Part shown: piece by piece, positions 1-13,186 of the stretch
Position numbering within the stretch: the first letter of the stretch is position 1
Layout of the letters: each line of letters starts with the position of its first letter
Source: Chrysomallon squamiferum
Taxonomy: Eukaryota; Animalia; Mollusca
Length of the DNA stretch: 64,000 nucleotides
Assembly: GCA_012295275.1 (NCBI GenBank)
Contig: CM022668.1
Location: forward strand, 9,858,001 to 9,922,000
Reading direction: 5' to 3'
The notes under the pieces: model-generated
The model's database searches: none
Told to the model about the DNA's origin: nothing
Seen by the model: only the letters and a program-made list of their open reading frames with translations
Made by a program: the position numbers and the translations under genes

Positions 1-530
1 TCTAGATTTTATAAGGAATTGTATCAATATATGACAGACACAAACCTAGATACTATTTTATAAGGCATTGTATCAATATACAACTGTCACAAATCTAGAT
101 TTTATAAGGAATTGTATCAATATATGACAGATACAAACCTAGATACTATTTTATAAGGAATTGTATCAATCACAAATCTAGATTTTATAAGGAATTGTAT
201 CAATTGATGACAGACACAAATCTAGATGTTATTTTATAAGGAATTGTATCAGTATACAAATTTAGATGTTATTTTATAAGGAATTGTATCAATATAGGAT
301 AGTCACAAATAAATCTAGATTTTATAAGGAATTGTATCAATTCATGACAGACACAAATCTAGATATTGTTTTATAAGGAATTGTATACGAGTATACAAAT
401 CTAGATACTATTTTATAAGGAATTGTATCAGTATACAAATCTAGATATTATTTTATAAGGAATTGTATCCATCACAAATCTAGATGTTATTTTACAATGA
501 ATTGTATCAGTATACAAATCTAGATATTGC
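1..530. repeat. Minisatellite, ~35-47 bp units (tctagat(gt)tattttataaggaattgtatcaatatatgacagacacaaa), truncated by the window start
   Basis: The core 'ttttataaggaattgtatca' recurs about a dozen times with variable spacers. Confidence 0.92.
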
Positions 531-1274
531 AAGTAGCTGTAGACACACGTGGCAGACAGAAACAAACTGGACACAAAAAAGAAGTCAGTGGTTTTCAGTT
601 AGCTCTGACAGAGTCCTGTTTGTTCTCCTTCTTGGGAGGTGTTCAGATTATCACTGCATCTTGAGTGCTTCCTGTCTCAGCCCAGAATAATAACACATGT
701 TTGTGAAAAAACAACAGTTTCTCATCATTTCATTATTAGGTAGAAAACTTTCTCCTCAAAGTGAAATCGGTCAACAAGTTTTGGAATGTCTCGTTTTTGT
801 ATTAATATTCTAGGGGTGTTTTTGTTGGATTTTTAAAAATTTTGTTTATTTGTTTGTTGGTTTATTTATTTATTTATTTATTTATTTTTATTTAATTTGT
901 TGATGTTGTTTGTTTATTTAAAGCTGCGCAAGTTAATAATGTTAATAAAAAGAAACCAAAACAATAAATATTACTGTTTTTCTTAAAATATTTATATTAG
1001 TTGATGTAATTTGATGCTGTAATGTTAGTAACAGTATAGCTATTGACTTATATCATCATCATTATAATATACTTCTTCTTCTTCTTTCTTCTTCTTCTTA
1101 TTATTATTATTATTATTGTTATTATTACTACTATGATTATTATAATCTGTTTTTTCTTGGTGTTTTTTAACCATATTATTTTATTTTTATTTTTATTTTC
1201 TCACAATATGGTTTTTCCTAACCCATTATTTAAATTCTTTAATTAATTTGACATACGTTTGTTTGTGCACTCAT

Positions 1275-1410
1275 TTAATTTTCTCTCACCATCAATCACT
1301 AATTACTGATTTCTCTCTGACTGTCACTCACTCAGTGATTACTGATTTTCTCTATCATTCACTCACTAAATACTGATTTTCTCTCGCCATCACTCACTAA
1401 TTACTGATGG
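1275..1410. repeat. Short ~30 bp tandem repeat (ctctcaccatcactcactaattactgattt), about 4 copies
   Basis: 'actgattttctct' and 'cactcactaa' recur. Confidence 0.7.
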
Positions 1411-1488
1411 ACTGCACTTAGAGGTGATTCCTGTCCTTATCTCGCCTATCACTGGCGTATTTAAAACAAACAAAGCTTTCTTCTCTAC

Positions 1489-1696
1489 CTGGTAATTCCT
1501 CACATCTGTTATCTGGGAGGATATTTCACTGGTGTTTGATCCACAAATGCCATTCCTCCGAGTCCAGGAAGAATTCGGACACATCTGGACAGATTGGTGG
1601 TCAGTGTTTGGAAATGTTTTACAACAAACACAGCCATGCTGGCTATCACTGATAACAACTCTGGTGTCTTCAGGTGCACAGCATGTTCCAAGTTTG
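1489..1696 (-). other. Candidate antisense exon (208 nt) nested in an intron of the + strand gene
   Basis: Minus-strand acceptor tttctctgtag| and donor cag|gtagag bound a GC-richer island. One frame is open throughout (KLGTCCAPEDTRVVISDSQHGCVCCKTF...RNYQ). No recognisable homology. Confidence 0.25.
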
Positions 1697-1711
1697 CTAC
1701 AGAGAAACGTC

Positions 1712-2068
1712 TCTGTTACATTCAGTCTTAGTATGGTTAAACTGTAGTCTATAGGTTCAAGTCTTAATACTGTCTTTTACACTGAACGTATGTTACTGTT
1801 ACATTCAGTCTTAGTATGGTTAAATTGTAGGTTCAAGTCTTAATACTGTCTTTTACACAGAATGTATGTTACTGTTACATACAGTCTTAGTATGGTTAAA
1901 TCATAGTATTTAGGTACAAGTCTTAATAATAGCTTTTACACAGAACATGTGCTAAGTATGTTACTGTTGTATTCAGTCTTAGTATGGTTAAATCATAGTC
2001 TTCAAGTTCAATTCTTAATACTAGCTTTTACATAGAACATACGCTAAGTATGTTACTGTTATATTCAA
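1712..2068. repeat. Tandem repeat of ~75-90 bp (tgttacattcagtcttagtatggttaaa...ggttcaagtcttaatac...ttttacacagaa), about 4.5 copies
   Basis: 'cagtcttagtatggttaaa' at ~1723, 1806, 1882 and 1974. Confidence 0.88.
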
Positions 2069-4530
2069 AAGGCAGCTACGGAGAACTATACTGAAAAGTG
2101 TAATTCACTACTGGTTAAACAGTGAGCTTGAAAACAGTATGTAATGAGTTCAAGTCCTTGTAGTGCCCTCTAGACTGGATTATACTGAGAAACAAAAAAG
2201 AATTGTACTTTCATTTGTCTCTGTTTTAATAACAGAGAATACGTGAATATTTAATAATAGCTCACCTTTGTAAAAATGAAAAAGAAAAAGTCCATTTGCG
2301 TTTTACTTTTAAAATTATTTGTTAATTTTTATATATATATTTTTGTTTTTTTTGTTATTTTTTTATGTCATTTTAATTATTTTCTAGTAAAAAAAATGTT
2401 TACCAGAATGCTAATATACACTTGGTACAGCTGGTAAACACAGAGTGTATTTGTAAGTGGTGTGTTTTTATTGGTTGATACTGTGTCAAGGTCTGAGTTG
2501 ATTGGGTGCAGTCTGTGTCAGCAGCTGGAGATAAGACTAATGAAATTGAATGTTTCAATTACCGTGTGAATAACAACAACTTTGATTGGCTGGCTGATAA
2601 CTATTGTTTATTGCACATCATTGACCTGTTTTACACTGCATAATTGTTTCTTATTTGGCTTTTTGACATTTGTTTGTTTGGGGTTTTTAGGGGGATTTTG
2701 TTTGTTTATTTTATTTTCAGTCATATTTTTTTCCTGTTTTTTTTAAAAACATGTTTTTAAAATTTGGATTTATAATTTATTGTTGTTGTTGATTAGTGAT
2801 CATAATATACTTTACCTACAAGCATAATAATACATAAATATGTATAAATCTGAAGGTTTTAAAAAGTAAATATATATATGTATATATATATACATACATA
2901 AAGATGTAGAAGGAAAAATCATATCTGCGATGTATCTGTTATTTCAGATACAGAAATATGGTTATTATTTAAAACAGTTATGTTATTTCAAATAGACAGA
3001 ATTTTCACATATACAGATATGATTAACATTTCACACAATGATATACCATACTGAAAGCAGCAACAAATGACTGAAATGGCACAGTTCTGTTTCTAACACC
3101 AGTCAGACTGATAAACACAAACATCTTCACCTGAAGTCTGTCGACCATTAACAAAAATACCTCCACAAACAGCCCAGATTGTATTCCATCCCAGTCTCAT
3201 ACTGGGATGTTTACTTTATCCTGTCAGACTAATTGTCTTTAATATTTATTGACACACTAGACAAGAGTGACAAAGGTTATCTAAACAATTGCACTCAGGT
3301 TCTGTTATAATCCTGTGTTATGGTCAGCACCTTGAGCTCACAGATAACAGTAATGGCATTTTGGTGAACTCAAGGAAATCTGGAAGCAAAAACACTTGTG
3401 TTCTGAAACAAGTCTCTTGTCTTATAGCACTGAGATGATGGAATTCTGGGATGGACATTGGGTTACCTTTAACAGGCCTTGTGTGAGGCTGTTTGATCGT
3501 CATGGTGATGGATGAGATTCCGAGATAGGGAGAAAAACTCTTGAGACTTCATTTAGTTCATTATCACATTCATCATCTTATGATCATCCTTATCATCATC
3601 ATCATCATTATTGTTATTACAACAGTCTCCAGTCACATTTTTGACAATATTCTTTACAACTTCGCTTTTGCCGAGAGCTGTCAGTAACGTTATCATGACT
3701 GTTGACATTGTTCACATTTTTCCATTTCAGTTAAAAGATGCCAGACAACATTCTAAATATTTAGTTTTTTTACAACATTGTCACGAACAAATAACTAATC
3801 ACTGGATATTTATGTTTTCATTTGACATTTTCAACATCCTTTAATCTTATTTTTAACAGCTATATGTCAAGAATGTTACCATAGTAACCATAGATAAAAA
3901 ATAATATTAATGACCAATGGGCAACATGAGCCATTTGCAACTTCCTTTGCACTTTGTCCAGAAAGGTTTCCATGGCTACTATTGATACATACTGTTAATA
4001 TTCATACTGAATATTTAAATTCACCGATAACATGCAGTTATGTGTCCTCAATGATTATCATATTTTTCTTTTCACAGTTAAGATTAGCTACTATTCTTCA
4101 CAGTTAAAACTATTATATTTCACAGTTAAATCTAATAGATTTCATAGTTGCTGCTAGTATATTAAATAGTTAGTATTAATGGATATTCAAATCCTCACAT
4201 AACATACATTTGTTTTTGGCTGTCCAAAATAGTTTTCATAATTACTGTTAATATATTTTGTAGTTCCTGTAAATATATCTCATAGTTATTGTTAATATAT
4301 TTTATAGTTACATAGTTATTGTTAATATTTTTATAGCTACATGAATATTTTATATTGCAGGAGACGCGACCAATTCTCAAAAATATTCCTTTGTTCTTGG
4401 CTGTCCATAATAGTTTTCATAATTACTGATAATATATTTTGTAGTTTCTGTGGAGATAATTCAAAGTTAATGTTACTATTTCATAGTTACTGTTACTATT
4501 TCATAGTTACATGAAGTTTTTACACTGCAG

Positions 4531-4681
4531 GTGACTCGAGCGATTCTGAACTCACTGAAACACAGCCCCTCCTCACAACCAGAGGACGGTCCAATGGGTA
4601 TCAGTGTCGCAGTGTCCACCACTCCAGGCATAGCCAAGGCAGCCATTACCAATGCATCATTCAGAGCCAAGAAACTACCAG
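4531..4681 (+). CDS. Penultimate coding exon of an unidentified + strand gene (VTRAILNSLKHSPSSQPEDGPMGISVAVSTTPGIAKAAITNASFRAKKLP)
   Basis: Acceptor ttttacactgcag| and donor ccag|gtacag. 151 nt, phase 0 to 1, GC-rich against the flanks, and it splices in frame to the exon at 5230. Confidence 0.85.
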
Positions 4682-5229
4682 GTACAGCTACAGATATCTT
4701 CTTCATTTGCTTGTTTTGTTCTTTTATTTTAGTTTAGTTTAGTTGTTTTTATGTAATTTTTGTAATTTTATGTTATGTTACATTGTTACGTTACGTTATG
4801 TTACATTACATTACGTTACATGTTATGTTATGTTATTTTATGTTATGTTAATGAAAGATGTTTTTTTTATTTTTAAGGTTTTTGGAAGGTTAAAAAGAAA
4901 TTTTAAAAATATTAATTTTTATTTATTTATTTTTTATGTTTATTTTTTGTTTTGTATTTATATTGGGGTTGGAGGGTACTATTATTATTATTATTAAATC
5001 ATGAAAAGATTTCAAAAAAAATAATTGGTGGTTGTTGATGTTTTTATATATTTGTTTTTGTCTTGTCTTGTTTTGTTAGTTCTTTGTCTGTTTCTCAGAA
5101 AAATAAATTTCATGCCAAATTAAAAGACTTAGTAATTATTCATGATAATTCTGTACACATAAACACAAAAAGTAAATAAATATTTCATTTTTTTTCTAAT
5201 TATTATTATTTTTTTTTTTTGTTTCACAG

Positions 5230-5693
5230 ATGATATTTCAGTCCCATCAGACTTTCGACTGGCACCAATAGACGAGGACATCGACCCATCTACCGGTCCT
5301 AGTCCAGGTCAAGGTCATCTTCAGGGCAAGGCCATCAGGTTGTCGGGAAGAAAGGAGAAACCAGGAAAGAAGGAGAAGATGAAGATCAAAGAGAAGGAGA
5401 AGATAGCAAGAAAGGATTCGGACGCAAGTGTCAAATCGGCACTGGCTAACGGAGAATCCATGGACAGCATTACAGTGTCTGTAGTCCAGAACCAAAGCAA
5501 GACTGTCGTGGACAACATAGAACTGGTACCCATAACCAAAAAATCAGTCAGCCACGAAGAGTACCTGGTTGCCAATGGCAACGAGGACATGGTCCAGTCT
5601 AAGAATCAGAACGCGGTGTCTTCGCCTGGGGGCCCTGCAAAGGATCTGAAAAACGGCCCCGTAAATTCAGAAAGTCTTAGTACTGACTTGTGA
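5230..5693 (+). CDS. Terminal coding exon of the same gene: low-complexity, Lys/Glu-rich C-terminal tail ending ...SESLSTDL* (class I PDZ-binding motif)
   Basis: Poly-T tract with gtttcacag| acceptor. Phase 1 start matches the previous exon (G|AT=Asp). Open frame DDISVPSDFRLAPIDED...STDL to TGA at 5691-5693, with coding-like GC and CpG content. Confidence 0.9.
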
Positions 5694-7087
5694 TAATTTG
5701 TACAGATATTTTTAATATTTGAGTATGCAAGACATTATACATACTGTACATTGACAACTTACTGCATGACACAGATGTATAATATTATATGTAATTGGGT
5801 GATAGCACAAATTTTTATTATTATTATTATTATTATTATTCCCAGTTACCTTATTATTACATCCATCTTTCCTAAAAAAAAAAAAAAAAGTTTAAAATTG
5901 ATTGTAAAAAAGTTTAGTCAATGATAGTAACAAATAAATAAAATATAAATTTTAATTAAATAAAAGGAATAATCAAAATATACATTAAGGTCAGTAAATA
6001 AAAGGTAAAGTAGGAAATTATTTTAAAAAAGCACGATAATAATAATGAGAAATTCATTATTATAACCTTCATGACAGATTTCATAATAAAACTGTAGTTC
6101 ATGTATTTTTGTAACAAATCATGTAATAACAGTGTTAATTAACCATTCAGTTGTTTATCAGTCTGAATATTTAACTTCATAAAATATTTTTCATTGAACC
6201 TCATTTTACTTACAATGTCATAATCCTTAATAAATGTTTCGTTTTTTTTTTTTTCCCCTAAATTTCATTATATTAATCAGAAGTAATATGTTTAAAATTT
6301 CATCTATTTGTGTGACGTTTTTGTTTGAAATATCTTACCTCATTATTTTGTTTAAAATTTGTATTAGTCTGAAGTGATCAGTTTGCATACAGTTTTATAC
6401 GTAAACTAAATTGAGTTTGTTTTTCAAAGACTGTGTTTTTCTATGTTTATATAATTTTTATACTGACAAGTGATTTTTCTCCTGATGCCATTGTTAGATT
6501 TGAAATTTAGCAGACATTTTGTGTCCTTAGAGGTGCCATAGAAAATTTGCCCTTACCTTTACTTTCATTTCTGTTTTTGTTTTTGTGTGTGTGTATTCTG
6601 TTGTTTAGATGTCGATGCAGTTTTAAAATGTTCAGGTACATTTTATTAACAGCATAATACTTTCTACAAATGCAAGAAAAATAAAGTATAAAAAACAAAA
6701 ATTTTAATAATTTTAAAAAAGTGAAAAAATATAAAAATTGAAATATTTTGTGTGAAATTTAAAAATTAAAGAATTAATAGGAATTAATAACCAGTGGAAA
6801 GCACTGAGAAGGTGACTGAATGTTTTTTTTAAAAAAAATCCCCCAAAAAAGGTTTTAGTGAAAGAGATGTTTGGTAAAACAATATTTGTTGTTAGTGTAA
6901 TGAATATATCAAAGAAAAGTGTTATTTGTTTTTAAAAACCATGTTGTCAGTTGTTATTTTATTATTAGCAAAGTGATGATTTACTAAAGTTAGTTTGTAA
7001 ATACTAACAGATTTATAATTTTTTTATAGACACATAATGTACAAACAACTGTTTGTATATATTATATATATGTATATGTTTGTATAT

Positions 7088-7139
<52 letters not shown>

Positions 7140-7699
7140 ATGTGTGAGTATGTGGGTTTGTGTGTGTGGGTATGCATGCATGTGTGTACACACAATTTAT
7201 TCATCTCTGATCTCATGCAATATATCAGTAATTGTAAGAGTTATCTGCTCTTTTTATATAGTTATTTCCCCCAGTGTCAGTACAGTCAATATATTAATTT
7301 GTTTTTACTGAACATAAATATAGGTTTTATTTGATAAAGCATGATTAAGAACAGACTGATAAAAGTTTATAAAGTTAGGCTGATTAAGTGTTTATAATAT
7401 TAGTATGATAAATATTAACAGAATTAAGCTGATAAAGAATTTATAAAGTTAAATTAATAAAAGATTTCTTGGGTTAGAGGTTTTGAAGTGTTTATACAGT
7501 TTGACTAATAAAGGCTTAAAAGAGTTTGACTATTACAGATTAGAGTTATTTCTGCAAAAGGAAGAATCAGAAGGATTGATACGGATTTGTTTTTAGACTT
7601 TTATTGATAAAGGATTTTAGATTTTGACTACCACAGATTTATAGTTACCATTGCATGAGAAAGAATTAAAATACCAGAAACTGTTATAAAGAAAGTAAA

Positions 7700-7935
7700 C
7701 ACACCTTTGTATACTAATGGTTGTTCTGTGTAGTGGTGATATGAGAGAAGAAACTTGCTGCTAAACCTCGATGGTCTACTCTTTTCAGTTAGCTGCAATG
7801 ATCTTTTACGTGACCTTCCCCTAAACAGGAAAATAAATATTATAGCCTTTGATAAACAAGTTATGGGCACTGTCTTGAATGGAAAATATTTCACTAGTAG
7901 CTTTGAGGAGAATTGATCCACATGACAATTCTGTG
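7700..7935 (-). mobile_element. Degenerate tRNA-derived SINE copy (body)
   Basis: The reverse complement reads ...cataacttgtttatcaaaggctataat...cctgtttaggggaaggtcacgtaaaagatcattgcagctaactgaaaagagtagacc...gcagcaagtttcttctctcatatc. It shares motif order with the copies at 13.6, 37.6, 42.5 and 48.2 kb. Confidence 0.7.
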
Positions 7936-8423
7936 CTCTGTATTTGTAATGATGATGATTATGATGATGATGACAATAATAATAACAATAATGATGATGA
8001 TAATGACTCAGTAATGACAAAAATAGCATTCTTAATAATAACATAATCAATCTAACTACACATCTTTAAGATGCAAGTTAAATTTTTTATTTATTTTAAA
8101 ATTATTTTTATTTTACTTCTAACCTCAGTATAATAAGTAGGTGAATAACATTTATTATCAGCATAAATCAAAAAATTAGCATGCATGCCATTTCTTACTG
8201 TTTAAAATAACAGTATAACTGGAAAAAAAAAAAAAAAAAAAATTCTTTGACAATTCTTTTTGCACTCCATCCCCTTTATTTAATAACATATGAAAGAGAA
8301 ATTCTGTAATTTTATTTTCCAGATGGTAACAATTATTATTTTGAACTTCCACAAATCTTTATGCTTCAGTGAAGCTGTCTGGGTCCAAGCTGAAAAGTTA
8401 ACACCCCAAACATCCTTCTGTGT

Positions 8424-8460
<37 letters not shown>

Positions 8461-9289
8461 ACCAGATTCCATTTTTTTATTATTATTTATTTATTTGCTC
8501 TTTTTTTTTCTCTCCATCATGTTAACAAATGTATGAAGTTACAGTTGTTGCTTGTATCTTGGCATATATGCATACTGTAATTTGATTGGTCGTTTCATAT
8601 TCTGCCAGCCAATGGCAGTGATTGTTATATTATTGTACTTATATGTTGCCCGTGTAGTTACGTTGACTAGAGTAATGTATAGTTGAGAGATTCCTTCACT
8701 GCTGTGCACTTTTATAATTTGATAATTCAGAATTAATATTATTTTATTTAAAAAAAATTAAATTAATTATTTTATTAATTAATTTATTATTATTTAGACT
8801 TTTTCTTATTTTTTTTTTTTTTAATTTTATATTTTTAATTTTATATTTATTATTATTTTGCCAATTTCTTAATTATTCAAACTTCAGTTCTTTGTAATTA
8901 CATATATTCGTTGTCACAAGCACTTCTATAACTTTCAGCTGAGTAAGTGACAAAATGGTATATATATATATATAACCACAGATTTGATAAATCCCTCCAT
9001 TCTTGAACTGATAAACACATTCTCTTCAACAGTTCATACAAACACCTTTTCAGCTACAGTAAAGACAATGGATCATTTCACAGCTCTGTTTGGAAACCTA
9101 TAACAGTAATATCTGTTTCTGTCTTCACAGCTCTGTTATATGCTTAGTTATTGACTGAAGCTTTTGGTAATAATTTTATTAAAATAATTCTAAGTATGGA
9201 CATAATGGTATGTAGTAGATAATAATAGAATATAGTGATATTCATGTTTTAGTGTGTTTTTTTTCTTTGTGTGCTACTTTCCTGGTACT

Positions 9290-9545
9290 ACCACATGAGT
9301 TGCAGCTCTGTCTGACAGTTTAGTGTAATAATCAATATTACATTAGTTACAGCTCTGTCTGACAGTATCAGAATGCATTGTCAGAAATTGTCTGACAGTT
9401 TAACGTAATAATACTATTATATTAGTTACAGCTCTGTAATATATAAACACTAATGCAGTGTATTGTCTGAAGCTTTCTGACAGTTTTAATGTAATAATCT
9501 GTTTTATTATATTAGTTGTAGCTATGTCTAACAATATAGCAATAC
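9290..9545. repeat. Degenerate tandem repeat (gttacagctctgtctgacagtttagtgtaataat)
   Basis: 'cagctctgt' and 'ctgacagt' blocks recur 4-5 times. Confidence 0.65.
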
Positions 9546-9824
9546 ACTGTCACTCCATCTGTGTATTACAGTCTTAAAATGTTAACTTCCCTTGCTTACT
9601 TTTGGATACCTAATATGTCTCCTGGAAAAATGAAACCACTGGTACCAGGAATTGATGGCTTATATCATCCAGGTCTTTTAATATAATACTTTCTCATACT
9701 ACCACATTAACTATCTGACTCTAACTGTTCAATGTTATTCTTTTAAGTTTTTTCTCTATTTTTATTTTATTTTTAATTTTTTTTTTTCTCTTTGTACCTA
9801 AGAAATTCTATCCCATGCATTTTA

Positions 9825-10451
9825 GAATTGGTTGCTAATGTTCATTATTGTGAAGTAATTGGAAAAGACTCAGCCAAGAAGAGTTTTTCTTTTTTTTTGT
9901 ATTATGTGGAATGTTAATGCTGTTTGTGCAGGTAAGACATCTAAAAGTGTTGTTTGAAAAATTATATCATCAAAAAACAAACACTGATGACAAAATTGTT
10001 TTTAGAATTTTAGAATCTTTATAAAGTTCCACACACACACATACTACACTTTACATCATCTTCCATATGGACAAACGCTGTGATTATAAATGTATTAAGG
10101 AAATTATTTATTAGAAATTTATATAATTTTGTTCAGATATTCAAGATTTTTCTCAGTATTTTCTTCTGAATTTTCAGAACTGAAATTAGAGCTACTGATC
10201 CACAAATTCTATCATTCTCACCTGCATTAGTTAATTCTTTCTTTGACAAATTAGGATTCCACTTTGAAAATGGTCGTTCCAGAAAGATGTATGGAATATA
10301 GGTGATGTTCCTGCAGTTTGGACATCCTGAAATGTTTTGTTGATTTGATCTTGGCCACAGTTTCTTCAAAATTTATGATTGCGTTCTTGTGTTCTTTGGA
10401 AAGCTTCATACAGTTTAAATCACCTTGCAGATAAACAGATGCTGCAATCAT
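9825..10451 (-). pseudogene. Duplicated TRIM-type RING-finger pseudogene fragments (copy A, two RING remnants)
   Basis: MIAASVYLQGDLNC..MKLSKEHK...NISGCPNCRNITYIP at 10451-10290. AFVHMEDDVKCSMC..ELYKDSKIL..FCHQCL...FRCLTCTNSINIPHNTKK at 10085-9890. Both are frameshifted and align at DNA level with 12460-13172. Confidence 0.75.
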
Positions 10452-11104
10452 ACATTTATTATTTTATTAGCATTCAGTGATTTCATACTTTGTTGTAGTT
10501 TTAGACATTTCATGTCTCACAAAGTTAAATAGTAACTGTTTTCTTATTTGAAATATTAAATATTTTATTTACATTTATTTCTGTTTCGTGAAACACAGTA
10601 AACTTTACTAAATGAAATGTGTTTTTTTTTTACATCTCTTATTGTATGTTTGAGTGAAGTTTTTGAAAATTGATCAACCAGGAATAGATTGATGTTGTGT
10701 TTACGATTTAAAGATGTAACTTGAATACATAGAAATGATGTTGGTGTTTTGCAAACATGATTTACAAAATGGCATTTTCAGAAACTGAAGTTGAAAAAAA
10801 TTATTTTATAAGAATTTCTTTCATATTCATTAACCTGTATTAGTTAACTGCTTCAAAAATAAATTGAAATTTCCAGTTTAAAATCAGCACAAAAACATGA
10901 TTTTTCTTTATAATCTAAGATGTCATGATGTCCCAGCAATTTTGGATTTTACACAAAGGATAAACAAAAACTCTTTTCATTGACTTTTTGAATGAACTGT
11001 TAATGTTTATTGTTGTACAGAAAGATTTTTCTCTTTATTTCGATGTTTCTGCAGTTAGGACGTCTAAAAGTCTTTTTATTATTGTAACCATGTTAATATA
11101 TATA

Positions 11105-11196
<92 letters not shown>

Positions 11197-11239
11197 ATTG
11201 TGTGGCTGTTTGTTGTAAAGATTTCTGTTTATATAAAGT

Positions 11240-13172
11240 CATCGTCTGGCTCTGCTCACAGCTGAGAAGTCAAAGTTAAACTGCTGAGTCTGGGTTGACA
11301 TATCCCGCAGTATGTCTCTTACATTCTTCATCATGCTTTTCAGACTACTAGCTGCAGCAGTGTCACTTCTCCCTTGCAGGAAAAGGAATCTTTTTGGAAC
11401 ACTCCCATCACACAATAGATTTAGATTTATTCTGCTTTGTGTGTACATATATCCTTCACACAGACATTTATTGACTAACCTCAAGTGCTTGTAAAACTTC
11501 CAACGTTGTCATAAGAATGAATGATTAATAGACCAAATCCCAACCATGTTTATAGCACTCCATGTGATACTTGCTGCATGTACTTTCCTTTGATGTTAAA
11601 AATAAACTGCTCAGTTATTTAATAATGGAAAATAAGTAGCTGTTCTGGAGGCTTCTCAGTTACGTTTACCTAATCAGCAGCTATGACTGTTTATCACAGG
11701 TCATTTTTCCTGGAGGGAGGTTTTGTCTGAGCTGGATTCATTTTAAACATATTCTTGAATCAGATTAAAGATGCCTAACAAGTTCTCTGCAATGATTTCT
11801 CTATTCCTTTATTGTTGTCTTATCTGTCTGTCAGGTTTTGGACAATCTTTGACATCACTGGTAGCCCTGTGTTTGTTCAACAGTCTTGATAATGATGGAA
11901 ATATTGTTGACCTGCAGTTTGTCTGAGGAATATTCCTGCTTTTCTCACCATGTAGCCTCTGACAGTTTACTTATTCATAACAGTTATTATTTAAAATTTA
12001 AATATTTTATTTACATTTAAATCAAAGTAAACTTTATTAAATGATAAATATTAACATAAATAATTTTCTTGTTGAAATGTTAATGTTTTACTGTGACATT
12101 TTTTGTTTTTTTAGTTATCTTCTTTTTAACACTATCAGCCAGGAACAGGCTTTAATTCTGTTCATGATTTGAAGATATAGTTTGAATATTCAGAAACATT
12201 GTTAATGTTGGTGGTCTTGTGGTCTCACAAGCATTATTTTCAAAATGGGAAATTGTTTCTTAATTTCAGTAACTGAATTCTCATCCTCATTTGTATATGC
12301 CTCACATGGAAACAAAATGTTTTCTGTTTATACTGAAATCTTTTATAACATCCAGCATTACAGATTATTCACTAAGAATATGCAAAAGCCAATAGAACAA
12401 AACATTCTTTTGTTATTTTTTATTTTTTTTATTTTTATTTTTTTCTTTCTTTCAGAATTAAGTATCTAATGATGTTGATTATTGTAAAGTTGTTGGAAAT
12501 GATTGAACATAGCATGATTTTTCTTCTTTGTGTTATGTGGAATACAGATGACATTCCTGCAGTTAGAACTACTAGAAATGTTGTTATGTTGATATAGTGT
12601 TTCAAACACTGACAACAAAATGTCTGACCACACATCAGCATTTTGGGTTCTTTGTGAATCTCCATACACATACTACAGTCTATGTGACCTTCTAGATGGA
12701 CAAATGCTGTACTGGTATCTGAGAGGAGAAATTTTTAAAAATTACTTACCTGCTTTAATTAACACTTTTTGGACATCTAAAATATTCTTGTTGATTTAAT
12801 CTTAGACACAATTTGATCAAAACTGTTTGCATTTTTGTTTTTTTTAAATATATATTTATATATACATACACCTACAGATATTTTTATATACATACACCCA
12901 TATATGTACAGTTTTAATGACATTGGTTGTAGTGGTTTTGTTAACTGGTCTGGTCAGATTTAGGTTGATTTTGTCATCATTAGCCGACTCAGTAAACTAT
13001 ACTTTGTTATTTAACTTGTTCTTGCAGCTTCTTGAAATGATGTTGTCTTGCAGATTTCTTTTTCTTATGAAATGTCTGACCACAGACCAGCATTTTGTGT
13101 TCTTTGAAAAGCTTCAGACAGATACTTCATATAGTTTACATCACCTTCCAGATGAGCAAATGCTCTAACCAT
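11240..13172 (-). pseudogene. Decayed TRIM (RING/B-box/coiled-coil; TRIM2/3/45/56-like architecture) pseudogene, copy B
   Basis: MVRAFAHLEGDVN..SICLKLFKEHKMLVCGQTF from 13172. AFVHLEGHIDCSMCMEIHKEPKMLMCGQTFCCQCLKHYI/SNCRNVICIP..NNFTIINII at 12707-12465 is a C3HC4 RING with H>Q and C>S losses plus the post-RING NF-x-I motif. Weak B-box-like remnants lie at ~12310 (FPCEAY) and ~11965-11860 (CQRLHGEK../NCRSTIF..NKH). Many frameshifts and stops. Confidence 0.75.
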
Positions 13173-13186
13173 GTAGTGACTCCCAG

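Noticed and set aside
1422-1747. + strand exon candidates (1422-1491; ORF 1532-1747) for the first gene
   Set aside because: No acceptor/donor pair gave an open frame ending in phase 0 to join 4531.
3187-3209. Hairpin catcccagt-ctcat-actgggatg
   Set aside because: An isolated 9-bp inverted repeat with no Helitron CTRR end or other context; plausible by chance.
5247-5590. Minus-strand ORFs overlapping the terminal exon
   Set aside because: These are shadow ORFs of the + strand coding exon.
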